From an uncultured Chloroflexia bacterium (GTDB taxonomy: Bacteria; Chloroflexota; Limnocylindria; Limnocylindrales; CSP1-4), in contig OY969885.1 of the NCBI GenBank assembly GCA_963704325.1, forward strand, positions 1,383,188-1,447,187: 64,000 nt of DNA. Reading direction: 5' to 3'. The position numbers and the translations under genes were made by a program. Under the pieces are notes generated by a model. It worked only from the letters and a program-made list of their open reading frames with translations, was not told the origin of the DNA and searched no databases. This document shows positions 29,191-40,325 of this stretch, piece after piece (positions within the stretch are counted from its first letter, which is position 1; the number at the start of each line of letters is the position of its first letter).

Positions 29191-30392
29191 CCGGCGCCAC
29201 GGCTGCCTCGGGCGGCGCGCTGATCGTGGGCGTTGTGGGTGCCGGCACGATGGGCGCGGGCATCGCCCAGGTCTGCCTCCAGGCAGGTCACGAGGTTCTG
29301 CTCTACGACATTGACCATGCCGCGATCGAGCGCGGGCGCAGCCGCGTCGCGGGCGGACTGGCCAGGCTGGTCGACAAGGGTCGACTGTCCATGGACGATC
29401 AGGTGCGCATGCTGGCCGCGCTGCGCGACGCTCACGCCCTGCACGAGCTGGCCGCGGAGGCCGATGTCGTGATCGAAGCGGCGCTGGAGGACATCGAGCT
29501 CAAGCGGACCATCTTTCGCGCACTGGGCGACGGAGCACGGCCCGACGCGCTCCTGGCCACCAATACCAGCGCGCTGAGCGTGTCGGCAGTGGGTGAGGCA
29601 AGCGGCGTCGCCGAGCGAGTCATCGGGCTGCACTTCTTCAATCCCGCACCAGTCATGCCGCTGATCGAGGTTGTCGTTGGCGAACGGACCTCCGGCGCGG
29701 TGGTCGAGCGGGCGATGGCCTTCGCGGAGGCACTCGGCAAACAGCCCGTCGCGTGCTCCGATTCGCCGGGCTTCATCGTCAATCGCGTCAATCGCCCGTT
29801 CACCCTCGAAGCGCTGCGCGTGCTCGATTCGGAGCAGGCCGGAGTGGAGCAGATCGATCGGGCGCTCAGGTCGGCCGGCTACCCCATGGGTCCATTCGAG
29901 CTGATGGACCTGGTCGGCATCGACGTGAACCTTGCCGTAGCCGCAGGGCTGTGGGCGGCCTTCGACAACGCTGAGAGGTTTACGCCCTCGCCCGTACAGC
30001 ACGCGCTCGTTGAGGCGGGACGCCTGGGGCGCAAGAGCGGAGAAGGATTTTACGTCTATCAAACTGGTGCCAGCCCGTCACTCTCGGGACGACTCGCCGA
30101 AGCTGGCGTGCCGGCGCTTGGGCGGGACGAGCGGGTCACGGACGCGGCGATCAGCGCGCGCGTTGAGCTGGCGATCATCAACGAGGCCTATCACGCTGCA
30201 GGCGAGGGCGTGGCCGAGCCGGCCGACATAGATCGAGCCATGAAGCTTGGCGCGAACCACCCGTACGGGCCGTTCGAGCGCGCCGGCCAGCTTGGGTTGC
30301 GCGCCGTGGTCGAGGGGCTGCGCGCACTCGAGACCCAGTACGGCGAGCGCTTTCGTGTGGCGCCCACGCTCTGGCAAGTGGCTTCCATCTGA
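29187..30392 (+). CDS. 3-hydroxyacyl-CoA dehydrogenase (two-domain, PaaH/FadB-like)
   Basis: VGVVGAGTMGAGIA Rossmann motif, plus a duplicated 3HCDH C-terminal domain. Confidence 0.85.
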   Translation: MTGATAASGGALIVGVVGAGTMGAGIAQVCLQAGHEVLLYDIDHAAIERGRSRVAGGLARLVDKGRLSMDDQVRMLAALRDAHALHELAAEADVVIEAALEDIELKRTIFRALGDGARPDALLATNTSALSVSAVGEASGVAERVIGLHFFNPAPVMPLIEVVVGERTSGAVVERAMAFAEALGKQPVACSDSPGFIVNRVNRPFTLEALRVLDSEQAGVEQIDRALRSAGYPMGPFELMDLVGIDVNLAVAAGLWAAFDNAERFTPSPVQHALVEAGRLGRKSGEGFYVYQTGASPSLSGRLAEAGVPALGRDERVTDAAISARVELAIINEAYHAAGEGVAEPADIDRAMKLGANHPYGPFERAGQLGLRAVVEGLRALETQYGERFRVAPTLWQVASI

Positions 30393-30572
30393 TTCGTGGC
30401 GGGAGTAGACTCGGGCGACCGCGCCTCCCGCGCGCAACCCTGCTCCGGCGCTCACGCCACCGGCTCGAAGGGCAAAGGGGACGCCTGTCCTCGGGAGTCG
30501 GTCAGCGGTCCCTGCCGGTGATCGCAGCGCAGCGTGAGTGCGAGGCGAGCGCCCGCATGGGAGACCGATCAC

Positions 30573-31244
30573 GTGACTGAGAACAAGACCCTCAAGCGCC
30601 GCGTTCGCGAGCGCATGTCAAAGACCGGCGAGCAGTACACCTCTGCGCGCCGCCAGGTGCTCGCCAAGGCTACGCAGCCTGCTGCCCGGTCCGATGCACA
30701 GAGTCCTGGGCCGGCCGACGAGCCGCTCCATGGCCCTACGGACAAGAGCTGGTCGGAATGGGTCCGCCTGCTCGACGAGTCCGGCGCGCGCGACAAGTCG
30801 CATCCGGAGATCGTCAAGTGGCTGACCGCCGCGCACGAGGTAGCCCCGTGGTGGCGCCAGGACATCACCATTCGCTACGAGAAGCACATCGGCCGACGCG
30901 TGCTCGGTCAGCGCGGCACCACCTTCTCGGCAACGGGATCCAAGACGATCGCCGTCGGTGCGGCGCGTGCGCGCGAGGCTTGGACGGATGAGGATCAGCG
31001 CACGCACTGGTTGCCCGACGTGGTCCTTCACCAGCGCCCGGGGAGGGCGCTGCGAACTGTGCGTTTCGACGTCAACGACGGTGACGGGCGGGTCACCGTG
31101 ACCCTGGATCCACGAGGCGAGGCGAAGACGTCCATCTCGATCGAGCACGAGAAGCTTCCCGATGCGCAGACGGCGCGGCGCTGGTCGGCCAACTGGCGTG
31201 AGCGGCTCGCCGTGCTGAAGTCGACTCTCGAAGCGGGGCACTAG
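30573..31244 (+). CDS. DUF4287-like domain protein, hypothetical
   Basis: ORF 30534..31244. The central [26 protein letters not shown] segment resembles DUF4287. Start uncertain (GTG 30534 or 30573, or ATG 30617). Confidence 0.45.
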   Translation: MTENKTLKRRVRERMSKTGEQYTSARRQVLAKATQPAARSDAQSPGPADEPLHGPTDKSWSEWVRLLDESGARDKSHPEIVKWLTAAHEVAPWWRQDITIRYEKHIGRRVLGQRGTTFSATGSKTIAVGAARAREAWTDEDQRTHWLPDVVLHQRPGRALRTVRFDVNDGDGRVTVTLDPRGEAKTSISIEHEKLPDAQTARRWSANWRERLAVLKSTLEAGH

Positions 31245-31341
31245 CGCAAGGCGAGTACCGGTCTGGAGAACGCGGCCGGGTGACCTTTGGGCTATGACGG
31301 TGCATGGCCGCACCACTCCTACACTACGGCTCATGCCTCGG

Positions 31342-32571
<1,230 letters not shown>

Positions 32572-32572
32572 G

Positions 32573-34938
32573 ATGGACAACGACCTGATGGCCCGGCGGC
32601 TCCGCCCGCCTTCCGAGCCGAGCCGCCCTAACGGGGCGCCATTCATCCCGCCGCCATCGGCCGCACCGTGGGATCCCACGCCGGCGCCGTGGCACGGAAG
32701 CCAGACTGATGCGCCGCTCAACCAGGTGCCCTGGGATCAGCCCGCTGCCGAGACGCCCGTCAAGCCGCTGTCGGATGACGGATGGCCACAGGTTGAGCTG
32801 ACGCCACCGCCGGCCCCGATTGAAGCTGCGCAGAGCCCGGCCGCGGCCGAGCCCACGCCTGTCGATGCCGAGCCACAGGTCGAGCAGATGCCCGAAGCGG
32901 CGGCCGAGCAGGCCGTCGAGGATGTCGATGCCCCGTGGGACGCGCCCGCCGACCCCGTGGAATCAATGGACGCACGGGCCGGAGGCCCCTCATGGGATGC
33001 GCCGTCGCCGTTCGCGATCGATGACGAGCCGCCGTTCGTGGACGATCGCACGCTGGAGATGTTCGACGCGTACGAGGAGCCGGTGGCCGTCGCGGCCACG
33101 GCTGTCGCCAACCCGGCTTCGACGCCGGCCGATGCCGACCGCGAGCCGGAGTCGGTCACAGAGGCTGTTGCCACGCATGCCATTGCCGAGGCGCCCGCTG
33201 CGCCAGAGGCGGCAACCGCGGATGTGGCCAGCGATCCGTACGACGCGGACGCTCCGGTCGTGCCCGAAGTCGCTCGCCAGGCACTGACACCGGCGTGGCC
33301 CAGCTGGAACGGCCATATCGGCGGTGGCCACGAGGGTGAGTCGATGTCACCTTCGCCGGCGTCATCCACGGCCGGCGTATACGAACACGAAGAGCACTCG
33401 CCGGGCGATGAATTCACGGCCAGCGAGTCGCGCGACATCGAGCCTGAGACGCCCGCGCCGTGGGCGACCGATTGGCCCGCCGCGGTTGAGGTGGCCGAAG
33501 ACGCTGACGGCACGGCTTATGACCAGGTGGCAGCCGAAGGCTACGCAGAGCCCGAAGCAGAGGCAGAGCCCGAAGCAGAGGCAGAGCCCGAAGCAGAGGC
33601 AGAGCCCGAAGCCATGGCCGAGCCAGAGGCGACCCCCGCTGGCGATCTGACGACCTCCGAATGGCCCGAGCCCGCAACGCCCGCCTGGGCGCAGCCGGAG
33701 GCTCCTGTATGGACGGATCCTCAGGCGCCTGCCTGGACGGAGCCCGCCGTGCCTGCCTGGGCACAACAGCAAACCAGGCAGTGGATGGCTCCGGCCGACG
33801 CGGTGGCGTCCGAGCCCGAAGCAACCGAGACCGCATCTGAGCAGGAGCCGGCCGTAGAAGAGACCTGGCCGACGGGGCAGGAATCGCAGGAGACGCGCGT
33901 CACGCAGGTCGTGGCCACCGTCCCCGTCGATGCGGCGGCGCTGGCCAACGGTCCGACTACCGTCATAGCCTCCGGGCCCGAGTCGGGCTTGCCGGCGAAC
34001 CTGGTCCTGCGCATCGAGCTGGCCTTCGTTGAGGATGCCAATTCGGATGCACCAGAGCAGGAAACGAACGCATCAGCCGAATCTGTAGCGCCCGAAGCGG
34101 CCCTGCCATGGCTACCTGCCGATCCCGCTTCAGAGTGGCCCACGCTGGTCCAGCCGGACGTCGAATTCGAGGCACCAACCTCGCCGCCGGACGCCGCGCC
34201 GACGACCTTCGAGCCTGACGCCGAAGGCGCTCATGACCCAATCGGGGACGACGCCGCCGCCGAGACGCCCTTCGCGCCACAGCGCAGCACAGGCGCATTC
34301 GGCGACGACCAATGGTGGGGATCTGCCCCGGCACAACAGCCGGACTCCCCGTACGAGCCTGCCGTTCCTGCCTGCTTCCTGCCACGCCTGCCGCGCCGCC
34401 AGCGCCGCCAGCCGCGGCCGCCGCCCCGTCTCCGGCAGCTCCAGGGAGCGTCGCCTGGCCGACTGAATCTGCCGACGAGGACCTTTCGGCGTGGCCGCCG
34501 GTCTGGGAGCCTGCGGCAGCGGAAGCGACGCCGCTGACGGCACATCCCGAGCCGCCTCCCGGGGCCGACTCGTTCGATTGGGGCTGGCCCGCGCCGGCAC
34601 CTGCCGGCCAAGCATCTGTTCCGGACGCCTTGGCGGCCGATACCTTTGCCCCGCCCCCAGCGTGGCCAGCGTCCGTCCGGCCGCTGACCCCGCCCGCGAT
34701 CGCACCGGCCGCACCGGCCGCACCGGCACCCAGGGTGAGCACCATAGATGTGCCTCAGAATGACTTGTGGTTCCTCGCCGCCGAGCCAGCGCCAGTTGCC
34801 GAAGAGTCAGTTCCGGCGCCCGGCGAGGACAGCCCCAGATCGTCAATGCTGACCGCCGGCCTGACGATCGGAATGGCGGTCGTCGTCGTGATCCTCGTGC
34901 TGGTTTTCGTCCAGCTCATGACGTCGCTGCTGCGCTGA
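32573..34938 (+). pseudogene. large acidic Pro/Ala/Glu-rich repeat protein with C-terminal transmembrane anchor, with an apparent frameshift near 34365-34380
   Basis: ATG at 32573. Low-complexity body with recurring P-x-W motifs (PAWAQPEAPVWTDPQAPAWTEPAVPAW, also AWPPVWEP, WGWPAP). The 32471 frame becomes Arg-rich junk after ...YEPAVPA. The 34312 frame continues the same composition and ends in the TM helix LTIGMAVVVVILVLVFVQLM. Confidence 0.6.
33548..33613 (+). repeat. perfect 18-nt tandem repeat (gagcccgaagcagaggca, ~3.7 copies) encoding (AEPEAE)n
   Basis: Seen directly at 33548-33613 inside the acidic protein gene. Confidence 0.7.
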
Positions 34939-34953
34939 GGTACGATCAGCGAC

Positions 34954-35367
34954 ATGCTGAACACGGAAACCCCCGCGACGCCAACCATCCAGGCTCAGCC
35001 AGAGCAGCTCGTCGTCCTCAGTGACGCGGCCGCCAGCAAGCTCCAGGAGCTGGTCGCGGCAGAGCAGAACCCCCAGATGGGGCTGCGCGTCTATGTGTAC
35101 AGCGGCGGCTGCTCAGGCTTCCGCTACGGGATGATGCTGGAAGACCAGCCCAGTAATGAAGACATCACGGTCGAGAGCCGCGGCATCAAGGTCTACGTGG
35201 ATCGCCAGAGCACGCAGCACCTGAGCGGCTCGGAGATCGACTACCTCGATACGCTGATGGGCGCCGGTTTCACGGTTAACAATCCCAACGCCGTATCAGC
35301 CTGTGGTTGCGGAAGCTCGTTCCGCACTGACGACGCCGCCGGCAGCCCCGGTGCCTGTCACCACTAA
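34954..35367 (+). CDS. A-type Fe-S cluster carrier (HesB/IscA/ErpA/SufA family)
   Basis: The C...CGCGSSF motif (three conserved Cys) with the HesB fold pattern. Confidence 0.85.
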   Translation: MLNTETPATPTIQAQPEQLVVLSDAAASKLQELVAAEQNPQMGLRVYVYSGGCSGFRYGMMLEDQPSNEDITVESRGIKVYVDRQSTQHLSGSEIDYLDTLMGAGFTVNNPNAVSACGCGSSFRTDDAAGSPGACHH

Positions 35368-35390
35368 GCCGGTCCTGAATCAGCTGATGG

Positions 35391-35423
35391 GCGGCGAGCC
35401 GAAAGGCTCGCCGCTTTTTCTTT
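35391..35423 (+). terminator. intrinsic (Rho-independent) terminator
   Basis: Perfect 10-bp stem GCGGCGAGCC/GGCTCGCCGC, GAAA tetraloop, then TTTTTCTTT. Sits 24 nt after the erpA stop. Confidence 0.7.
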
Positions 35424-36789
35424 GAGCGGCGTCGAGCCGCGCTCAGCGGCGATCGAGCGCTTCACCGGACCGCTCAACGAGTTCACGCGTAGCAACGTCT
35501 CGGGCGGCATCATCCTCATGGCCGCCGCCGCGACCGCGCTTGTTTGGGCCAATTCAGTCTTCGCCGCAGGCTACGAGTCTCTGTGGCATACACGCCTGTC
35601 CATAGGCCTGGGCGACTTCGTCGTCTCAGAGACGCTCGAGCACTGGATCAACGACGGGCTGATGGCCATTTTCTTCCTGTTCGTTGGCCTGGAGATCAAG
35701 CGCGAGGTGCTGGTCGGCGAGCTGGGCTCTATCCGGCGCGCGATCCTGCCCCTGGGCGCTGCCGCAGGTGGCGCCATTGTCCCGGCGGCAATCTTCCTGG
35801 CCATTGCCGGTGGTCAGGGCGAAGGAGCGCGCGGCTGGGGTGTGCCGATGGCCACGGACATTGCCTTCGCGCTCGGCGTACTCGCACTTCTCGGCAGCCG
35901 GGTACCACGCAACCTGCGCCTGTTCGTTACCGCGCTGGCCATCGGCGACGACCTGCTGGCAGTGATGGTGATTGCCATCTTCTATACGGCCGACCTGTCG
36001 CTGGTCGCGCTTGGCGTCGGGGCCGTCATGCTCGCGGCGCTCATCGTTGCCAACCGCCTTGGCGTGCGTCGGCCGGTGATCTATGCCGTTCTGGGCATCG
36101 GATTGTGGCTGGCGATGCTCGAATTGGGCGTCCACGCCACGATCGCCGGCGTGTTGCTGGCCATGACCATTCCTGCGCGCCAGCGCATCGCCACGAGTGA
36201 CCTGCTGCCGCGTGGCGCCGAGCTGCTCGAGGATGCCGTCAACGCCTCTCCGGCCCGCGTGCGCCAGCGCCACTCGGCGCTGTGGGAGCTGGAGACGCTG
36301 ACCGACCGCGCCCAGGCGCCGATGCTGCGCTTCGAGCATGCCCTGGCGCCGTGGGTAGCGCTGGGGATCGTACCCATCTTCGCGCTGGCCAATGCCGGCG
36401 TGGCGCTGGGCACGGATCTTGGGCGCGTATTCGGCGATCCGACCGTGCTGGGGATCATCCTGGGACTCGTTCTGGGCAAGCAGATCGGCATCACCGCCGC
36501 CGTCTGGCTGATCGTGCGCGCCGGCTGGTCGTCACTGCCCCACGGCGTCCACTGGCGGCACATCTACGGGGCGGCTTGGGTGTGTGGCATCGGCTTCACC
36601 ATGTCACTCTTCATCGCCACGCTCGCGTACGGCGAATCAGATCAGCTGGACCTGGCCAAGCAGGGCATCCTGGCCGCATCGCTGCTGGCCGGCGTGGGCG
36701 GCTACCTGATCCTGCGCTGGGCCGGATCGCCGCCGGCCGGCGGATCACATCAGGTAGCGCAGCCAGACGTAGACGGTCGAGATCACTAG
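35422..36789 (+). CDS. nhaA: Na+/H+ antiporter NhaA
   Basis: SGGIILMAAA...WINDGLMAIFFLFVGLEIKREVLVGEL is the NhaA signature. The only in-frame start that keeps the N-terminus is the TTG at 35422, inside the terminator T-tract. Confidence 0.8.
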   Translation: MSGVEPRSAAIERFTGPLNEFTRSNVSGGIILMAAAATALVWANSVFAAGYESLWHTRLSIGLGDFVVSETLEHWINDGLMAIFFLFVGLEIKREVLVGELGSIRRAILPLGAAAGGAIVPAAIFLAIAGGQGEGARGWGVPMATDIAFALGVLALLGSRVPRNLRLFVTALAIGDDLLAVMVIAIFYTADLSLVALGVGAVMLAALIVANRLGVRRPVIYAVLGIGLWLAMLELGVHATIAGVLLAMTIPARQRIATSDLLPRGAELLEDAVNASPARVRQRHSALWELETLTDRAQAPMLRFEHALAPWVALGIVPIFALANAGVALGTDLGRVFGDPTVLGIILGLVLGKQIGITAAVWLIVRAGWSSLPHGVHWRHIYGAAWVCGIGFTMSLFIATLAYGESDQLDLAKQGILAASLLAGVGGYLILRWAGSPPAGGSHQVAQPDVDGRDH

Positions 36790-38016
36790 TGACATGAGGA
36801 CGACCAGCGCGCCATAGCGCATGAAGGTGAAGAAGCGAATGGGGTGGCCTGCGCGCAACGCCAGGTTGGCAACCACGACGTTGGCTGACGCACCCACGAT
36901 GGTCAGGTTGCCGCCCAGGCACGCGCCCAGCGCGAGCGACCACCACAAGGGCTCCTCCTCGATGCCCGACGCGACGAGCTGCTCGACGATTGGAATCGCA
37001 GTCGCCGTGTAGGGGATGTTGTCGACGATGGCCGAGCCGATTGCCGACAGCCACAACAGTCCAATGCTGGCCACGCCGACGTCGCCGCCGGAGGCCGACG
37101 CCAGCGCCTGGGCGATGGCGCCAACGATGCCCACGTGCACGATGCCTTCGACGAGGATGAACAGCCCTACGAAGAAGAAGAGCGTGGACCACTCCACCTC
37201 CCGGAACGCGTTGTGCGGATCTATGCCGCCAACGAGCATCACGATTGCCGCGCCCATCAGAGCGATCGTGGCCGCCTCGACGCCGATCGCCGAGTGAACC
37301 AGGAAGCCAACGAGCGTGGCCGCGGCAACGATCAGGACGCGCACGAGGAGGCGGCGGTCGGTGATGGTCGCGTCCTCGGTGGCCTCCACGGCTGCCTCGC
37401 GCCGCTCCTGGGGCACTTCCAGGCTGCCCCGGAACATGAGCACGACGATGACCAGGTAGGGCACGAAGATGACCAGCGTGACCGGCGCGAGATTGACCAG
37501 GAAGTCAACGAAGTCGAGCCCGGCCGCTGAGCCGATGAGGATGTTCGGCGGATCGCCGATCAGCGTCGCCGTGCCACCAATGTTCGAGGCCAGGATCGTG
37601 GCGATCAGGTAGGGCACCGGTGACACGCCCAGTCGGCGGCTGATGATGAGCGTGATCGGCGTTGTCAGCACCACCGTGGTCACGTTGTCCAGGAACGCCG
37701 ACAGGACCGCTGTGACGACCGACAGGATGACCAAAAGGCGCAGCGGATGCCCACGCGACATGCGCACCGAGCGCACAGCGAGCCAGTCGAAGAAGCCGGT
37801 CTTGGCCAGGGCAGAGGCGATGACCATCATGCCCGCCAGCAGGAAGATGACGTTGAGGTCGATCGCGGCGAAGGCTTCGTGCTGGTCGATGATGCCCACG
37901 AAGATGACCAGCAGGCCGGCGATCAACGCGATGAGCGTCCGATCGAATGGCTCGACCGCGATCAGGATGTAGGCGATGACGAAGATCGCGCCGGCCAGGA
38001 TGACGTCCGGGCTCAT
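36745..38016 (-). CDS. ArsB/NhaD-superfamily anion permease (SLC13/citrate-transporter fold)
   Basis: 423 aa, 10-12 TM helices, duplicated hairpin motifs (PNILIGSAAGL, GASANVVVANL). The 3' end overlaps the nhaA 3' end by 45 nt. Confidence 0.75.
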   Translation of the reverse strand: MSPDVILAGAIFVIAYILIAVEPFDRTLIALIAGLLVIFVGIIDQHEAFAAIDLNVIFLLAGMMVIASALAKTGFFDWLAVRSVRMSRGHPLRLLVILSVVTAVLSAFLDNVTTVVLTTPITLIISRRLGVSPVPYLIATILASNIGGTATLIGDPPNILIGSAAGLDFVDFLVNLAPVTLVIFVPYLVIVVLMFRGSLEVPQERREAAVEATEDATITDRRLLVRVLIVAAATLVGFLVHSAIGVEAATIALMGAAIVMLVGGIDPHNAFREVEWSTLFFFVGLFILVEGIVHVGIVGAIAQALASASGGDVGVASIGLLWLSAIGSAIVDNIPYTATAIPIVEQLVASGIEEEPLWWSLALGACLGGNLTIVGASANVVVANLALRAGHPIRFFTFMRYGALVVLMSLVISTVYVWLRYLM

Positions 38017-38199
38017 GGCCGGGTCGCTCTGCGAGATCGAGAAGGGCTGGTGAGCGGCCTCAGCAACTAGCCCCGCCGCTGGCCGCCACCACCAGCGACG
38101 CGGGCACTGACACCGCGTTCATCGACTCCGCCTCACTCACGCGGCAAAGCATATGCGCCCGGCGGCGCAAGCGGCCGGTCCCAGTGCTCGCCCCTGGCG

Positions 38200-38790
38200 C
38201 TACTCGCTGAAGCGCTCTTCCTGCCAGGGATCGGCGTCGTTGTGGTAGCCGTAGCGCTCCCAGAAGCCCGGCTTGTCCGTCGCACTGAACTGCAGGCCGC
38301 GCACCCACTTCGCGCTCTTCCAGAAGTAGCGCTTCGGGACGACGAGGCGGAGCGGGTAGCCATGATCCGGCGTCAGTGGCGCGCCGTCGGCAATATCGGC
38401 CAGCAGGACGTCGTCGTCATCGAGCACCTCGATCGGCAGGTTGGTCGTGTATCCCTGCTCGGCGTGGACGATGACGAAGCGCGCGCCGGGCCTGAGCTGG
38501 GCGCGCTCCAGGATGTGCTGGATGGGTACGCCCTCGAAGTCCATGTCCAGACGCGACCAGCGCGTGACGCAGTGGATGTCCGTGTGGAGCGGCTTGCGCG
38601 GGAACGACTTGAACTCTTCCCAGCCGAACTCGAACGGGTTGTCCACCTCGCCCCACACCTTGAAGTCCCACGTCTTGAGGTCCACGCGGGGAACGGAACC
38701 GTAGTGCAGCACCGGCCATTTCTCGGTGAAATACTGGCCGGGAGGTATGCGCTTCTTCTGTTCTTCGCTGACCCGCGGCCCGCGACTCAT
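38200..38790 (-). CDS. sulfite-oxidase-family molybdopterin-binding oxidoreductase domain protein (short, no signal peptide)
   Basis: The segment IHCVTRWSRLDMDFEGVPIQHIL...TNLPIEVLDDDDVLLA...PLTPDHGYPLRLVVPKRYFWKSAKWVRGL matches the oxidoreductase molybdopterin-binding domain. The ATG (MSRGPRV) is chosen over the long upstream extension. Confidence 0.7.
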   Translation of the reverse strand: MSRGPRVSEEQKKRIPPGQYFTEKWPVLHYGSVPRVDLKTWDFKVWGEVDNPFEFGWEEFKSFPRKPLHTDIHCVTRWSRLDMDFEGVPIQHILERAQLRPGARFVIVHAEQGYTTNLPIEVLDDDDVLLADIADGAPLTPDHGYPLRLVVPKRYFWKSAKWVRGLQFSATDKPGFWERYGYHNDADPWQEERFSE

Positions 38791-38872
38791 AAATCCGGTC
38801 ACGGCCTGAGTGTACGCACGGGTGGAACGTACACGGGTGGAACGTAATGGCCTTGGCCCGCGTCTTGCGCCG

Positions 38873-39325
38873 ATGACCCGCATGCTCGCCGTCTCGTTCG
38901 TCGTCCTGCTCGCCGTGGCCTGCTCGGCCGAACCCGTCGTCACGCCCAGCCCACCGGCCGACCTGGCCAGCCTGGCCCTGCCGCCGGGCGTGTCCGGCAT
39001 ACCCGAAGCCGGCGGACCGACCGCCCTGGTCGAGCCGGTCTCCCCGGCGGGAAACGTCCCGATCGGGGTAGCGCAGAACTTCCTGTTGGGACACTGCGGC
39101 CTGGCCTCGCCGATCGACTTCGACGGCAGCCTGTGGGACCCCACGGCGGGCGACAACGGATCCGGGGGCGCACTGACCCCGAATCAGCACGGCGAACTGG
39201 TCAACGCCACTGCCGTGGTGCTCACGCTGGTGGATGCGACGCGCGCCCAGATGGTCACGCCACTCGGCGCGCGGGTGCTCCTCATGCGCCACGCTGGAGC
39301 GCGGCCGTACTTCCTGTGTGACTAG
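38873..39325 (+). CDS. lipoprotein, hypothetical
   Basis: Signal peptide with lipobox LLAVAC|S. Confidence 0.55.
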   Translation: MTRMLAVSFVVLLAVACSAEPVVTPSPPADLASLALPPGVSGIPEAGGPTALVEPVSPAGNVPIGVAQNFLLGHCGLASPIDFDGSLWDPTAGDNGSGGALTPNQHGELVNATAVVLTLVDATRAQMVTPLGARVLLMRHAGARPYFLCD

Positions 39326-39371
39326 CGCCGGCGGTCTCGAACTGGGCCGCCGCGACCCGCGGTGACCTGGA

Positions 39372-39701
39372 TCAGGCCTCGTCCAGCAGACGGACAAGTC
39401 GGCGGGTGATGAAGCGCGCCGCCTCCGCGCTCTTGCCGCCCAGCTTCTGGCCCTCGTCCTGCTCAAGCGCGACCGCCAGGTCGCCCAGGACCTGGTCGAG
39501 CTCATCAGTGCGCGCCAGCGCCCCGTCGGCGAACGCCTGCTCCAGCCGCTCGACGGCCAGGCGGGTGTTGTCCACCGCGTGACCCTTGCGTTCCAGGATC
39601 TGAGCGACCTCGTTGCGCGCCGCCTCTGCTTGCGGACCGGCGCTCGTCAACGAACCAGCGCCTCGTCGCCCACGCGCCCGACCGTCAAGCGGGCCATCCA
39701 T
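39372..39701 (-). CDS. hypothetical protein (weak)
   Basis: 109-aa ORF. Its 5' part overlaps the GNAT 3' end in another frame, so the real start may be internal. Confidence 0.3.
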   Translation of the reverse strand: MDGPLDGRARGRRGAGSLTSAGPQAEAARNEVAQILERKGHAVDNTRLAVERLEQAFADGALARTDELDQVLGDLAVALEQDEGQKLGGKSAEAARFITRRLVRLLDEA

Positions 39702-40261
39702 TCCGACTCGAGCATGCCCATCTGGACCTCATCGTGGAAGCGACCCTCACGCATGATCGCGTCGCGCAGACGGCCCTCGACGCGGAAGCCCGCCTTCTCG
39801 TAGGCGCGGATGGCTCGCTCGTTGTACGAGAAGACCGCCAGGCCCACGCGATGCAGTCCGAGACCCTCGAACGCGTGGCCCACCATCAGCTCAGTCGCCT
39901 CTGTGCCCAGGCCGCGTCCCCACGCATCGCGTTCGCCGATCGTGATGTGAAACAGGACCGATCCGTTGTCGCCATCAAGCGAGCTGAACGTGGTGAAGCC
40001 GATCAGTCGCCACATGGGCAGCTCCACGATCGAGTAGGCGAGCGCGTCCTGGGCGAGCAGGCGCACCTGGAAGAAGCGCTCTATCTCCGCCTGCGTCATT
40101 GGCCGCGTCTGGTAGCGGGTCAGGCGCGCGATCTCCGGGTCGCGGTACCAGCGCACCAGGGCATCGAGGTCGCCCGGCTCCGGCCGGCGCAGCGCAACGC
40201 GCCGGCCAACGATCTGCGGTGGATGCCACAGATCACGGTCGGGCAGGTCCGCGCTTGGCAT
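39647..40261 (-). CDS. GNAT-family N-acetyltransferase (RimL-like)
   Basis: VALRRPEPGDLDALVRWYRDPEI... and HRVGLAVFSYNERAIRAYEKAGF acetyl-CoA binding motif. ATG at 40261. Confidence 0.8.
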   Translation of the reverse strand: MPSADLPDRDLWHPPQIVGRRVALRRPEPGDLDALVRWYRDPEIARLTRYQTRPMTQAEIERFFQVRLLAQDALAYSIVELPMWRLIGFTTFSSLDGDNGSVLFHITIGERDAWGRGLGTEATELMVGHAFEGLGLHRVGLAVFSYNERAIRAYEKAGFRVEGRLRDAIMREGRFHDEVQMGMLESEWMARLTVGRVGDEALVR

Positions 40262-40325
40262 CGTGCCGCCCACGGCCCGATCGTATAACACCGGTCCCGG
40301 CGCTCCCACGGCTACCATCGGCCAG

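Noticed and set aside
32737-33513. Minus-strand ORFs antisense to the acidic repeat protein (32737..33513, 33721..34143, 33963..34745, 34130..34846)
   Set aside because: Ser/Gly/Ala-rich mirror of a GC-rich low-complexity gene. No start or RBS context and no motifs.
33362-33836. Apparent CRISPR-like periodicity in the 33.5-33.65 kb region
   Set aside because: It is a short in-frame 18-nt coding tandem repeat (3.7 copies) without spacers. No cas genes are present in the window.
40263-40325. Earliest start of the DNA ligase ORF
   Set aside because: It would place divergent start codons 2 nt apart with no promoter space.
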